Source of the DNA: Bacillota bacterium
GTDB lineage: Bacteria > Bacillota > Sulfobacillia > JAJZYS01 > JAJZLH01
Direction: 5' to 3'
Length of the DNA stretch: 61,276 bases
NCBI GenBank assembly: GCA_021803575.1
Contig: JAJZLH010000019.1
Location: 1 to 61,276, forward strand
In this document: positions 27,351-37,210 of the stretch, piece after piece
How positions within the stretch are numbered: position 1 is the first letter of the stretch
Layout: every line of letters begins with the position of its first letter
Notes under the pieces: generated by a model
What the model was told of the DNA's origin: nothing
The model's database searches: none
What the model saw: the letters and a program-made list of their open reading frames with translations, nothing else
Made by a program: the position numbers and the translations under genes

Positions 27351-28250
27351 CTACAGGATCACCTTGCCCAGGGCCGAGGCGATCAGCCCAGCCGCCATCT
27401 GGCCCGTCCGGTTATGGTCGTCCAGGATCGGATTCACCTCGACCACGCTCAGCGAGCCCAGCCTGCCGCTTTTGGCCACCAGCTCCATGGCCAGATGCGC
27501 CTCCCGGTAGGTGATGCCTCCCGGCACCGGTGTGCCGACGCCCGGCGCCTCTTTGGGATCGATCACGTCGAGGTCGAGGCTGACATGCAGGTGGTCGACG
27601 TCGGCCAGGGCGTCCAGCGCCTGCTCCATCACGGTCTGCATGCGCAGGCGGTCGAGGTCGGTCATGGTCGCCACGTTGAGTCCGGACTCCCGGATCGCCT
27701 GGCGCTCCTCAAGGTCGAGATCGCGGGCACCGATCAGCCAGACGTCCGGCTCGGCCACGAAAGGCGCGTCCGGCCAGGCGGCCAACAGGTCGGCGTGGCC
27801 GCGGCCCACTGCCGCTGCCAGCGCCATGCCGTGGATGTTGCCGCTCGGTGTGGTTCGGTCGGTGTTGAAGTCGCCGTGGGCGTCCAGCCAGATCAGGCCG
27901 ACCCGGCGGCCGAGCAGGGAGGCTCCGGCCAGGGCGCCGATGCCGATGGAGTGGTCGCCGCCCAGCACGACCGGCAGGGCGCCGCCCTGACCCAAGGAGG
28001 CCACGGCTTGGGCCAGTTCCCGGTTGACCCGCACCACCTCGGCCAGGTAGTGCAGGCGGGGGCTCTCGCCGCGCTCAAGGCGCGAGGCGTGGCGGACCTC
28101 CAGGTCGCCGTGGTCGGTCACGGCGAGGCCAAGCTGCTCCAGCTCCTGCTGGAGCCCGGCGTAGCGAATGGCGGAGGGCCCCATGTCGACGCCCCTTCGC
28201 CCGGCGCCGAGATCCATCGGCACACCCAGCACGGCCACCCGGTTCCTCAT
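27351..28250 (-). CDS. rocF: Arginase
   Basis: GVDMGPSA, GGDHS, DAHGD, SGNIHGM, SLDLD, PGVGTP and EVNP motifs. Confidence 0.95.
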   Translation of the reverse strand: MRNRVAVLGVPMDLGAGRRGVDMGPSAIRYAGLQQELEQLGLAVTDHGDLEVRHASRLERGESPRLHYLAEVVRVNRELAQAVASLGQGGALPVVLGGDHSIGIGALAGASLLGRRVGLIWLDAHGDFNTDRTTPSGNIHGMALAAAVGRGHADLLAAWPDAPFVAEPDVWLIGARDLDLEERQAIRESGLNVATMTDLDRLRMQTVMEQALDALADVDHLHVSLDLDVIDPKEAPGVGTPVPGGITYREAHLAMELVAKSGRLGSLSVVEVNPILDDHNRTGQMAAGLIASALGKVIL

Positions 28251-28266
28251 CGCCGACCCTCCCATA

Positions 28267-29424
28267 TCACTCCGCGCTCTGCCGCCACTCGGCCAGCGCC
28301 TTCGTGAGCCCGGATGGCGAGTTCAGGGCAGGGTCCTGCCACACCCGCTGCCAGAGCCACTCCTGGCACGGCCCCAGCCACGGCCCGGGCGGCCGCTCAC
28401 AGATCCGGGCGATGGCACTGGGCCGAAGCGCCAGACACCGCTGGACGCCCTCGGCCTGGGCCCGCTGCCACACACCCTGGTAACGCTCTGGCTGAACCGC
28501 CGCCAGCCAGCCCAGCTCGCCCTCCGTACACCAGCTGGCGAGGCGGCGCTCGGCCGGCGCCGAGTGCGGCAGATCGCTGCTCAAGAGCGCCGCCAGCTGG
28601 ACCAGCCTGCCGTGGCGCCGGTCCCCCAGGCGTCCCTTCAGCCAGGCCAGACCCGCCTCCAGATCGCCGCCCGATGCGGCCAGGGAGAGGACGGCCAGGG
28701 CTGGATCAGGCGGAACCTCCTGCCAGGTGGGCAGGCCCGCCCATGGCCAGAGCGGGCGGAGCAATGGCTGATAGTGCTTCCACGCCGCGGCGGCCGCCTC
28801 CCCCTGGATGAGGCGCCACAGTTCGTCGTCAGCGCGACTTCTGGGACAGCCGGAGAGGGCGTCCGGCTGCCACAGGGCGGCTTCGGTCGCTGGCTCGGCG
28901 CTAAGGCGGTGGGAACTGACCAGCCGGATGCCGCGCAGGATGCGCAAGGGGTCCTCGCCAAGGCGCGCCCGAGCGGGGGGAAGCGCCCGCAGCGTCCCGG
29001 CCGTCAGATCGACACGGCCGCCGAACGGGTCGATCCAGCCTCCCTCTGGGGTGAGGGCGATGGCGTTCACCGTGTAGTCGCGGCGGGCGAGGTCGGCCTG
29101 CACTGTGTTTACGTAATGCACGGTGGCGGGGTGACGGCGATCCTGGTAATCCGCCTCCTGGCGCAGGCGTGCCAGGTGGTAGATGGCGCCGGGCCGCCGG
29201 AGCTGCACCACCCCGAAGCCGAGATCCCGCACCCGCCCCAGGGCAGCGAGCAGAGGCCTGAGCTCCTCCGGCGCAGCGCTGGTCGCCAGGTCAATCTCCC
29301 GCCATGGTCTGCCCAGAAGGGCGTCGCGCACACCGCCGCCCACCAGCACCACGGAGTGCCCGGCGGCTTCCAGAGCGCCCGTCACCGGCGCCGCCTCAGC
29401 CAAGAGCGACTCGACTCGGTCCAC
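28267..29424 (-). CDS. cca: CCA tRNA nucleotidyltransferase/poly(A) polymerase family (variant active site)
   Basis: VGGGVRD, DLARRDYTVNA, DPFGG and EDPLRILR motifs. The DxD motif reads EID. Confidence 0.8.
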   Translation of the reverse strand: MDRVESLLAEAAPVTGALEAAGHSVVLVGGGVRDALLGRPWREIDLATSAAPEELRPLLAALGRVRDLGFGVVQLRRPGAIYHLARLRQEADYQDRRHPATVHYVNTVQADLARRDYTVNAIALTPEGGWIDPFGGRVDLTAGTLRALPPARARLGEDPLRILRGIRLVSSHRLSAEPATEAALWQPDALSGCPRSRADDELWRLIQGEAAAAAWKHYQPLLRPLWPWAGLPTWQEVPPDPALAVLSLAASGGDLEAGLAWLKGRLGDRRHGRLVQLAALLSSDLPHSAPAERRLASWCTEGELGWLAAVQPERYQGVWQRAQAEGVQRCLALRPSAIARICERPPGPWLGPCQEWLWQRVWQDPALNSPSGLTKALAEWRQSAE

Positions 29425-29463
29425 CGGCGCCCCTCCTTGGCCGGGCGGCTCCCAGCAACCAGG

Positions 29464-29487
29464 CGGCGGGGCCGTCTGGCCCCGCCG
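29464..29487 (-). terminator. GC-rich hairpin after rpsI (no U-tract)
   Basis: CGGCGGGGCC-N4-GGCCCCGCCG. Confidence 0.5.
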
Positions 29488-29492
29488 GTCGA

Positions 29493-29885
29493 TCAGCGCT
29501 TGGAGAACTGCGACGCCTTTCGGGCCTTCTTCAGTCCGTACTTGCGGCGCTCCTTGACCCGGGAGTCACGGGTGAGGAGGCCGGCCTGCTTCAGCTGGGG
29601 GTGGAAGTTGGAGTCGATGCGCAGGAGCACCCTGGCCAAGGCGTGGCGGACGGCGCCGGCCTGGCCGCTCACACCGCCGCCCTTGACGGTGGCGGTGATG
29701 TCGAAGCTGGACTGGGTGCCGGTCAGGATCAGGGGTACCTGGGCATAGGCACGCATGGTGGTGACAGGAAAGTACTCCTCGAGCGGGCGGTTATTGACCT
29801 CAATCTTGCCATGGCCCGGCCGCACGTAGACGCGCGCCACGGCCTCCTTCCGCCTGCCGACTGCGAACACGGCGTCAGTCGCCAT
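29493..29885 (-). CDS. rpsI: 30S ribosomal protein S9
   Basis: [20 protein letters not shown] and C-terminal QFSKR. Confidence 0.98.
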   Translation of the reverse strand: MATDAVFAVGRRKEAVARVYVRPGHGKIEVNNRPLEEYFPVTTMRAYAQVPLILTGTQSSFDITATVKGGGVSGQAGAVRHALARVLLRIDSNFHPQLKQAGLLTRDSRVKERRKYGLKKARKASQFSKR

Positions 29886-30318
29886 TGGCAACCTCCCTCA
29901 GAACTGGCTGCTGGGCCTGGTGCGGGTGGTCCGGCCCCGGGTACACCTTGAGTTTGGTGAACAACTGGCGGCCCAGTTTGTTCTTGGGCAGCATGCCCCT
30001 CACCGCTCTCTCCAGGACGCGTTCCGGGTGGCGGGCCAGCGCCTGGGACACCGTCTCCTGGCGGAGGCCGCCGGGGTAGCCGGTGTGGCGGCTGTACACC
30101 TTATCGGTCAGCTTCTTGCCGCTCAGTCTCACCTCGGCCGCATTGACCACCACCACGAAATCGCCCATGTCCACGGACGGCGTGAAGGTGGGCTTGGTCT
30201 TGCCCCTCAGGATCGATGCCACCTCGACTGCCACGCGGCCCAAGATCTGATCCTTGGCGTCGATCAGAACCCAGTTGCGCTGGGCGGTCTGGGTGGTCAC
30301 CATCGGCGTGTCGGTCAC
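29875..30318 (-). CDS. rplM: 50S ribosomal protein L13
   Basis: [18 protein letters not shown] and GMLPKN motifs. AAGGAGG SD before GTG 30318. Confidence 0.98.
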   Translation of the reverse strand: MTDTPMVTTQTAQRNWVLIDAKDQILGRVAVEVASILRGKTKPTFTPSVDMGDFVVVVNAAEVRLSGKKLTDKVYSRHTGYPGGLRQETVSQALARHPERVLERAVRGMLPKNKLGRQLFTKLKVYPGPDHPHQAQQPVLREVANGD

Positions 30319-30354
30319 AGGTGATCCTCCTTGGAGGCCAGGAGCGGCCAACGC

Positions 30355-31134
30355 TTAGTGTCTCCCAGGGTCAGGGGCGGTGTCAAGGAAGGGCGGGCCG
30401 GCGTAGTGCACCTGGACTAGGGTCAGCCCCCTGGCCTTGGCCGTGTGTCCGGCCAGAGCCCGGTCCCTGCCGCTCAGCACGGCTGCCATGCTGTCGGCCG
30501 GCCGCTTGCCCAGCCCCACTTCCATGAGCGTGCCAGCGATGTTGCGGGCCATGTGGTAGAGGAAGCCGCTGGCCGTCATCTCGATCAGGAGCAACTGCTC
30601 GGGAAGCGTTGCCACTCTGAGTTGCCACATCCGCCGGCTGGCGTCCAGGTGCTGGCGGCCCGAGAAGCTCCGGAAGTCGTGCTCGCCGATGAGGGCGGCC
30701 GCTGCGGCGGACATGGCCGGGACGTCCAGTGGCAGGGCGAGGTGTAGCGTGAACCGGCGGTAGATCGGCCTCGCCCCGCTGGCCGTGTCCACCAGGTATC
30801 GGTAGGTCTTGGCCACCGCCTGCCGGCGGGGGTCGAAGCCGGGGGCCGCCTCCTCTGCCGTGAGCACCGTGAGGTCCGGCGGCAGGTGGGCGTTCAGGGC
30901 CATCGGCCAGCGCCCTGGGTCGAGGGCGAAGCCGGTGTCGAAGCTCACCACCTGACCGAGGGCGTGCACCCCCTGGTCGGTGCGGCCAGCGCCCTGCAGT
31001 TGTACGGATTGGCCGGTGAGGCGGCTGGCTGCCGCCTCCAGGGTGCCCTGCACGGTGCGGCCCTTGTCCGGGCTCTGGCGCTGGAAGCCAGCGAAATCAG
31101 TGCCCTCGTAGGCCACGACCAGTTTCAGGCGCAC
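30355..31134 (-). CDS. truA: tRNA pseudouridine(38-40) synthase
   Basis: YEGTDFAGFQ, AGRTDQGVHA, GEHDF and GFLYHMAR motifs. Confidence 0.97.
   Translation of the reverse strand: MRLKLVVAYEGTDFAGFQRQSPDKGRTVQGTLEAAASRLTGQSVQLQGAGRTDQGVHALGQVVSFDTGFALDPGRWPMALNAHLPPDLTVLTAEEAAPGFDPRRQAVAKTYRYLVDTASGARPIYRRFTLHLALPLDVPAMSAAAAALIGEHDFRSFSGRQHLDASRRMWQLRVATLPEQLLLIEMTASGFLYHMARNIAGTLMEVGLGKRPADSMAAVLSGRDRALAGHTAKARGLTLVQVHYAGPPFLDTAPDPGRH
30357..30386 (-). promoter_or_regulatory. Putative sigma-A promoter for rplM inside the truA 3' end
   Basis: TTGACA-N18-GACACT. Confidence 0.55.
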
Positions 31135-31138
31135 CTGT

Positions 31139-31477
31139 TCAGACCAGCTCGAGCATCACCATCGGCGCACTGTCACCGCGCCGCTCGCCCATCTTCAGGA
31201 TGCGGGTGTAGCCGCCCGGCCGGTCCTTGTACTTGGGGGCGATGGCCTCGAACAGCTTGGTCACCGTGTCCTCGTCGAACAGGTAGCTGGCGACCTTGCG
31301 GCGGTTGGTGAGGTTGTCCTGCTTGGCGGTGGTGATCAGCTTCTCGGCGATCGACGACACCTCTTCGGCCCTGGCCGCCGTGGTGATGATCTTGCCGCTC
31401 TTGAAGAAGGAGGTGACCTGGCTGCGGAACATGGCCCGCTGGGCCTGCCAGCTTCGTCTCAGTCGTCGCTCCGGCAT
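31139..31477 (-). CDS. rplQ: 50S ribosomal protein L17
   Basis: IITT, EKLIT, RPGGYTRI and RRGDSAPM motifs. ATG at 31477. Confidence 0.96.
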   Translation of the reverse strand: MPERRLRRSWQAQRAMFRSQVTSFFKSGKIITTAARAEEVSSIAEKLITTAKQDNLTNRRKVASYLFDEDTVTKLFEAIAPKYKDRPGGYTRILKMGERRGDSAPMVMLELV

Positions 31478-31479
31478 CG

Positions 31480-32424
31480 CTATCCCTCCACCTGGCGAAA
31501 GCCCAGTCCCAGCTGCGCCAGTTTGGCACGCACTTCGTCCAGGGACTTGGTGCCCAGATTGCGCACCTTCTTGATCTCGTCCTCGTCCTTCTGCACCAGC
31601 TCGTACACCGAGTTGATGCCGGCCCGCTTCAGGCAGTTGTAGGAGCGCACCGAGAGGTCCAGCTCCTCCACCGGCATCTCGCGCAGGCGGTCTTCGGCGC
31701 TGCTGGCGTGGGCGGTGCCGGTGGCACCCTCGCTCACACCGCCGAGGTCCATGAACAGCCGGAGGTGGTCGGTCAGGATGCCGGCCGAGGTGGCCACCGC
31801 GTGCTCCGGCGAGACGGCGCCGTTGGTCCACAGCTCGAGCTCCAGACGGTCGTAGTCGGTGACCTGGCCGACCCGGGTGTCACCGATCGTGTAGTTGACG
31901 CGGCGCACCGGCGAGAACATGGCGTCGACCGGGATGAGGCCGATCGGCGCATCCGGGTGCTTCAGCTTGTCGGCGCTGACGTAGCCGCGGCCCCGCTCCA
32001 CCGTGATCTCCATCTCCAGCTTGGCCCCCTTGGTCAAGGTGGCCAGCACCTGGTCCGGGTTGAGCACGTCCAGGTCCGGGTCCTTGATCACATCGCCGGC
32101 CCGGATGGCACCGGGGCCCTTGGCCTCGATGCGGATGGTCTTCGCCTCTTCGGTGTGCAGGCGGACGTTCAGCGACTTCAGGTTGAGCACGATGTCGGTG
32201 GTGTCCTCCACCACACCGGGCACGGTGGAGAACTCGTGCAGCACGCCTTCGATCTTGAGCGCCGTCACGGCGGCGCCTGGGATCGATCCGAGCAGGATGC
32301 GCCTCAGCGAGTTGCCCAGCGTGATGCCGTAGCCCCGCTCCAGCGGCTCGACGACAAACCGCCCGTAGGTACCGGTTGCGTCCAGCTCCGCCACGGAAAT
32401 GGTCGGGACGGTGGTGTCGGTCAC
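31480..32424 (-). CDS. rpoA: RNA polymerase alpha subunit
   Basis: EPLERGYGITLGNSLRR, LSVRSYNCL and NLGTKS motifs. Start could be 32424-32445. Confidence 0.98.
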   Translation of the reverse strand: MTDTTVPTISVAELDATGTYGRFVVEPLERGYGITLGNSLRRILLGSIPGAAVTALKIEGVLHEFSTVPGVVEDTTDIVLNLKSLNVRLHTEEAKTIRIEAKGPGAIRAGDVIKDPDLDVLNPDQVLATLTKGAKLEMEITVERGRGYVSADKLKHPDAPIGLIPVDAMFSPVRRVNYTIGDTRVGQVTDYDRLELELWTNGAVSPEHAVATSAGILTDHLRLFMDLGGVSEGATGTAHASSAEDRLREMPVEELDLSVRSYNCLKRAGINSVYELVQKDEDEIKKVRNLGTKSLDEVRAKLAQLGLGFRQVEG

Positions 32425-32441
32425 GCTCACAGCCCCCTCGC

Positions 32442-33068
32442 TCACCTTGAGTAAAGCTCCACGATCATGTGCTCCTCGACCGGCGTGTCGATCTCAGCCC
32501 GCTCCGGAAGGCGCAGCAGCGTTCCCTCCAGCTTCTCCATATCGACCTCCAGCCACTCCGGCACCGTCCGGCCCTGGGCCACCTGACGCAGATCCTCGTA
32601 GCGGGGGTTCTTGCGGCTCGACTCCGCCACGCTGATCTTGTCGCCGGGCCGGACCAGGATGGAGGGAATCGACGCCTTCTTGCCATTCAGCAAGAAGTGG
32701 CCGTGGCGCACCATCTGCCTGGCCTCTGGACGCGATCCGCCCAGCCCCATCCGGTAGACCACGTTGTCCAGCCGCCGTTCCAGGAGCTGCAGCATGCGCT
32801 CACCGGTGGCCCCGGTGGAGCGCTGCGCCCGCTCGAAGGTGTTGCGGAACTGGGACTCCATCAGGCCGTAGAAGCGCTTGGCCTTTTGCTTCTCGCGCAG
32901 CTGCAGCCCGTACCCGGAGAGTTTGCGCCTGCCCAGCCCATGCTGGCCTGGCGGCACGCCCCGCTTCTTCACAGGGCACTTGTCGGTGTAACACTTCTCG
33001 GCCTTCAGGAAGAGCTTCGTGCCCTCCCGCCGGCACAGCCGGCAGACCGGTCCAGTCTCTCTCGCCAT
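32442..33068 (-). CDS. rpsD: 30S ribosomal protein S4 (Zn-binding C+ form)
   Basis: [19 protein letters not shown] and IVELYSR motifs. Confidence 0.98.
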   Translation of the reverse strand: MARETGPVCRLCRREGTKLFLKAEKCYTDKCPVKKRGVPPGQHGLGRRKLSGYGLQLREKQKAKRFYGLMESQFRNTFERAQRSTGATGERMLQLLERRLDNVVYRMGLGGSRPEARQMVRHGHFLLNGKKASIPSILVRPGDKISVAESSRKNPRYEDLRQVAQGRTVPEWLEVDMEKLEGTLLRLPERAEIDTPVEEHMIVELYSR

Positions 33069-33082
33069 GATGTCTGTGCCCC

Positions 33083-33478
33083 CTACACCCGCCGCCGCTT
33101 GGGCGGACGGCAGCCGTTGTGCGGAATCGGCGTCACGTCGCGGATCATGGTGACCTCCAGCCCGGCCGTCTGCAGGGAGCGGATGGCCGCTTCACGGCCC
33201 GCGCCCGGACCCTTCACCCACACTTCAACCTCGCGCATGCCCTGGTCCATGGCCTGCTTGGCGGCGGCCTCAGCGGCCACCTGAGCGGCAAAGGGCGTGG
33301 ACTTCCTCGAGCCCTTGAACCCCTGCATGCCGGAGGAGGCCCAGGCCAGGGAATTGCCGGTGGGGTCGGTGATGGTGACCAGCGTGTTGTTGAAGGTGCT
33401 CTTGACGTGGGCGATGCCGCGCTCGACGTGGCGGCGCTCCCGCTTCCTGGGTCGAGTCCCGGTTCGCTTAGGCACCAA
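33083..33478 (-). CDS. rpsK: 30S ribosomal protein S11
   Basis: [15 protein letters not shown] and [13 protein letters not shown] motifs. Confidence 0.98.
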   Translation of the reverse strand: MVPKRTGTRPRKRERRHVERGIAHVKSTFNNTLVTITDPTGNSLAWASSGMQGFKGSRKSTPFAAQVAAEAAAKQAMDQGMREVEVWVKGPGAGREAAIRSLQTAGLEVTMIRDVTPIPHNGCRPPKRRRV

Positions 33479-33520
33479 GGGGCCCCCTCTCGTTGTTCGG
33501 GCTCAGACTCATGCAGATAC

Positions 33521-33895
33521 TCATGCCTTCTTCCGCTTCACGCCGACGGTGCGGCGGGGCCCCTTACGGGTGCGGGCATTGGTGTGGGTGCGCTGCCCGT
33601 GCACGGGCAGGCCGCGGCGGTGACGCACGCCCCGGTAGGCCGAGATCTCGACCAGCCGCCGGATGTTCATCGCCGTCTCCCGCTGCAGATCGCCCTCCAC
33701 CCGGTAGCCCTTTTCCACGGCGTCACGCAGCCGGGTCACCTGGTCCTCGGTCAGGTCGCGCACCCGGACATCCGGGTCCACCGCTGTGTCGGCCAGGATC
33801 TTCCGGGCCAGGCTGGGGCCAATGCCGAAAATGTAAGGCAACGCTGCTTCGATCCGCTTTTCCCTGGGCAGGTCAACGCCTGCAATACGTGCCAT
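33521..33895 (-). CDS. rpsM: 30S ribosomal protein S13
   Basis: [10 protein letters not shown] and [18 protein letters not shown] motifs. ATG at 33895. Confidence 0.98.
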   Translation of the reverse strand: MARIAGVDLPREKRIEAALPYIFGIGPSLARKILADTAVDPDVRVRDLTEDQVTRLRDAVEKGYRVEGDLQRETAMNIRRLVEISAYRGVRHRRGLPVHGQRTHTNARTRKGPRRTVGVKRKKA

Positions 33896-33906
33896 GTGAT
33901 CCCTCC

Positions 33907-34020
33907 TTAGCCTTGGGCCTGCTTGTGCTTCGGGTTCTCGCAGATGACGAAGACCCGGCCCTGGCGGCGCACGATCTTGCACTTCTCGCACATCTTCTTG
34001 ACGGACGGCCGGACCTTCAT
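33907..34020 (-). CDS. rpmJ: 50S ribosomal protein L36 (not in the ORF track)
   Basis: Translated by hand: [37 protein letters not shown]. Confidence 0.97.
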   Translation of the reverse strand: MKVRPSVKKMCEKCKIVRRQGRVFVICENPKHKQAQG

Positions 34021-34036
34021 GTCATAAGCCTCCTGC

Positions 34037-34255
34037 TCACTTCAATCGGTAGGTGATGCGACCGCGGGTCAGGTCGTAGGGTGAAAGTTCAATCGTCACC
34101 CGGTCGCCGGGCAGGATGCGGATGAAGTGCATCCGAAGTTTGCCCGAGATATGGGCCAGCACCTTGTGGCCGTTGTCCAGCTCGACCCGGAACATGGCAT
34201 TGGGCAAGGGTTCAACCACCCGGCCCTCCACCTCGATCGTGTCCTCTTTGGGCAT
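34037..34255 (-). CDS. infA: Translation initiation factor IF-1
   Basis: [15 protein letters not shown] and [10 protein letters not shown] motifs. Confidence 0.98.
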   Translation of the reverse strand: MPKEDTIEVEGRVVEPLPNAMFRVELDNGHKVLAHISGKLRMHFIRILPGDRVTIELSPYDLTRGRITYRLK

Positions 34256-34547
34256 CCTCCGCACCTCCTCCCCCGTCCGCCTGGGTCTCGATCGCTTCCA
34301 GCTCCCGAGCGAGCTCGTGGTCGTCCGGCTGGTAGGACCGCTCTCGCCACTCCTCGAGCCGCTCGGTGGTAGCGTCTACCACCTGGAGATGGCGGGGGTT
34401 CTTCCGCTTCGGACGCGCCATTGCATGGAGCTTGCCATCGGCGATCAGGCACCGGCCCTCGGCGTGACCGACCACCAGGAACAGGCGGCTGTGGTCACGG
34501 CCACGGGTCGACCTCACCAACGCACCGACGGCTGGCTCTTCCGCCAT
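34212..34547 (-). CDS. KOW-domain L14e-like RNA-binding protein
   Basis: [12 protein letters not shown] and PKRKNPRHL motifs. Canonical position between map and infA in Bacillota. Confidence 0.85.
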   Translation of the reverse strand: MAEEPAVGALVRSTRGRDHSRLFLVVGHAEGRCLIADGKLHAMARPKRKNPRHLQVVDATTERLEEWRERSYQPDDHELARELEAIETQADGGGGAEDAQRGHDRGGGPGG

Positions 34548-34548
34548 T

Positions 34549-35292
34549 TTACACCACCGTCAGCACGAGCGGTTCCTCGGCGACCGCCACCGTGTGCTCA
34601 AAGTGGGCTGACGGCCGCCGGTCGCGGGTGCGAATCGTCCAGCCATCGGCGTCAATCTCAATCTCGGCGCTGCCCAGATTGATCATCGGCTCGATGGCCA
34701 GGGTCATGCCCTCGCGCAGGACGAGCCCCTGTCCCGGCGGGCCGTAGTTCACGACCATCGGGTCCTCGTGCATCTGGCGGCCGATGCCGTGGCCGGCCAG
34801 TTCGCGCACAATGCCGTAGCCGTGCGCCCGCACGGTCTCCTCGACCGCGTTCGAGATGTCGGAGAGGTGGTGGCCCGGTACCGCCTGCCGGATCGCCCGG
34901 GTGAGCGAGTCCTCCGTCACCTGGAGCAGGCGGGCCAGGTCCTCTCGCACCTCACCCACCGCCACCGTGGTGGCCGTGTCGGAGTGCCAGCCATCCAGGA
35001 TGACGCCGAGGTCGATCGAGACGATGTCCCCCTCCTTGAGGCGGCGGTCGCTGGGGATGCCGTGCACGACCTCCTCGTTGACGCTGGCGCAGATGCTGGC
35101 CGGGAAACCCTCGTATCCCTTGAAGGACGGGGTGCCGCCGGCTTCCACAATCCGCTGTTCGGCCAGGCGGTCCAGCTCCAAGAGGCTGACCCCGGGCCGC
35201 ACCGCCTGGCGCAGCGACTCGCGCACCTCGGCCGCCACCCGGCCGGAGCGCCGCATGGTGGCGAGTTCGTCCGCACGCTTGATCACGACCAT
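34549..35292 (-). CDS. map: Methionine aminopeptidase type I
   Basis: SVNEEVVHGIP, GHGIG, AIEPM and SAHFEHT motifs. Confidence 0.97.
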   Translation of the reverse strand: MVVIKRADELATMRRSGRVAAEVRESLRQAVRPGVSLLELDRLAEQRIVEAGGTPSFKGYEGFPASICASVNEEVVHGIPSDRRLKEGDIVSIDLGVILDGWHSDTATTVAVGEVREDLARLLQVTEDSLTRAIRQAVPGHHLSDISNAVEETVRAHGYGIVRELAGHGIGRQMHEDPMVVNYGPPGQGLVLREGMTLAIEPMINLGSAEIEIDADGWTIRTRDRRPSAHFEHTVAVAEEPLVLTVV

Positions 35293-35939
35293 GCGATCGC
35301 CTCCTTGAGCCGGCCCGCCACCTCAGCCGGGGTGCCCAGGCCATCCACCGCCGTGAGGCGGTGACCGGCTCGGTAGAAGGCGATCAGGGGGGCGGTCTTC
35401 TCCTGGTAGACCGCAAGCCGCCGCTGGACCGTCTCCGGCTGGTCATCGCTGCGCTGGGCCAGCTGGCCGCCGCACACATCGCAGATGCCGGCCTGGCGGG
35501 GCGCCCTGGTCTCGAGGTGATAGACCTCCTGGCAGCTCTGGCAGGTCAGGCGGCCGGAGAGGCGCCTCACCAGCTGGTCCGGCGCCACCTCCAGGGACAC
35601 CGCCGCCGCCGGCTCCCGGCCCAGCCGGATGAGGAGTTCATCCAGCATGTCCGCCTGGGCCGGGGTGCGGGGAAAGCCGTCCAGCAGCACGCCGCCCTGG
35701 GCGTCCGGGGCGGCCATGCGCTCGGCGATCAGCTCGACGATCAGCTGGTCGGGCACGTAGTCGCCGCGGTCCATATACCCCTTGGCAGCCTGGCCGAGGG
35801 CGCTGCCCGCGGCCACGGCAGCCCGGAGCATGTCGCCGGTCGAGATGTGGGCCCAGCCGGTGGCGCGGGCCAGGGCGGCCGCCTGCGTGCCCTTGCCCGC
35901 TCCGGGTGGCCCGAGCAGCACCACGGTCTGGGCGCTCAT
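35283..35939 (-). CDS. adk: Adenylate kinase (Zn LID)
   Basis: GPPGAGKGTQ, HISTGDMLR, LDGFPR and CxxC..CxxC LID motifs. Confidence 0.98.
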   Translation of the reverse strand: MSAQTVVLLGPPGAGKGTQAAALARATGWAHISTGDMLRAAVAAGSALGQAAKGYMDRGDYVPDQLIVELIAERMAAPDAQGGVLLDGFPRTPAQADMLDELLIRLGREPAAAVSLEVAPDQLVRRLSGRLTCQSCQEVYHLETRAPRQAGICDVCGGQLAQRSDDQPETVQRRLAVYQEKTAPLIAFYRAGHRLTAVDGLGTPAEVAGRLKEAIAWS

Positions 35940-37210
35940 CGCAAGAACCCCTGGTAGTTGCGCATGATCAGCTGGGCCTGGATCTGCTTGATGGTCTCCA
36001 CCGTGACCATCACCACGATCAGAAGCGCCGTGCCGCCGAAGTAGATGTTGGGGATGTTGGTCAGCCCCACCATCAGGGTCGGCATGATGGCGATCACACC
36101 GAGGAAGAGGGCGCCCATCACCACCAGGCGCGAGGCCACCCGGGTCAGGTACTCGGCGGTGGGCTTGCCGGGCCGGATGCCCGGGATGAAGCCGCCGTAC
36201 TTCTTCAGGTTGTCCGCCACGTCATCCGGCTTGAAGACGATGAAGGTGTAGAAGAACGTGAAGGCGACCACCAGGCAGAACTGCAGCACCAGGTTGAGGG
36301 GCTGGCCGAAGGCGATGGCGGCCACGATGGTGTGGAGGACGGCGTTGTTCCAGTAGGAGGACAGGGTCTGGGGCAGGATCAAGAGCGCGATGGCGAAGAT
36401 GACCGGGATCACGCCGGCCGGATTCATCTTGATCGGCAGATGCGTGGTGGTGCCCTGGTACATCTTGCGGCCGACCATCCGCTTGGCGTACTGCACAGGT
36501 ATTCGTCTCTCCGCCTCGGTAAAGGCCACCACCCCGGCGATCACGGCCGCCCCCACCACCACCAGGAACAGCACGCTGAAGATGCTGACCGTGCCAGCCT
36601 GCAGGTAGCTGAACAGGGTGCCGACGCCGCCCGGCAGCTGGGCCACGATGCCGGCGACGATGATCAGGGAGATGCCGTTGCCGATTCCGTACTCGGTGAT
36701 CAGCTCGCCGATCCACATCAGCAGCACGCTGCCCACAGTCAGGGTGAGGGCGATGATCACGATCGTGCCCAGCCCTGGCGTCTTCACCACCCCGGCCAGC
36801 CGGGACAGCGTGATGGTGGTGCCGAACGACTGGATCAGGGCCAGCGCCACCGTCAGGTAGCGGGTGTACTGGGTGATCTTCTTCTGGCCCTCCTGGCCCT
36901 CTTTGGACAGCTCCTCCAGCGACGGGATGACCGTGGTCAGGAGCTGCATGATGATAGAGGCGTTGATGTACGGGAAGATGGACATGGCGAAGATGGAGAA
37001 CGTGAAGAAGGCGCCGCCGGAGAAGAGGTTGAGCAGCCCGAACAGGCTGACCTGACTGGTCTGCAGCGCCGTCTGCAGGGTGGCGGCATCAACTCCCGGC
37101 ACCGGGATCCACACGCCCAGGCGGAAGATCAAAAACATGAGCAGGGTGAACAGCAGCCGGCGTCTCAGGTCGCCGGTGACGTGCACTGCCTGGTTCATCC
37201 CCTGCAGCAT
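35936..37210 (-). CDS. secY: Preprotein translocase subunit SecY
   Basis: PYINASII, GIGNGISL, GVIPVIFA, IPGIRPG and GGTALLI motifs. Confidence 0.98.
   Translation of the reverse strand: MLQGMNQAVHVTGDLRRRLLFTLLMFLIFRLGVWIPVPGVDAATLQTALQTSQVSLFGLLNLFSGGAFFTFSIFAMSIFPYINASIIMQLLTTVIPSLEELSKEGQEGQKKITQYTRYLTVALALIQSFGTTITLSRLAGVVKTPGLGTIVIIALTLTVGSVLLMWIGELITEYGIGNGISLIIVAGIVAQLPGGVGTLFSYLQAGTVSIFSVLFLVVVGAAVIAGVVAFTEAERRIPVQYAKRMVGRKMYQGTTTHLPIKMNPAGVIPVIFAIALLILPQTLSSYWNNAVLHTIVAAIAFGQPLNLVLQFCLVVAFTFFYTFIVFKPDDVADNLKKYGGFIPGIRPGKPTAEYLTRVASRLVVMGALFLGVIAIMPTLMVGLTNIPNIYFGGTALLIVVMVTVETIKQIQAQLIMRNYQGFLR

Noticed and set aside
33503-33527. Short imperfect duplication GCATGAGT(AT)CTG x2 at the rpsM stop
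   Set aside because: Only two copies of about 11-13 bp. Likely a local slippage relic, not an array or evident regulatory element.
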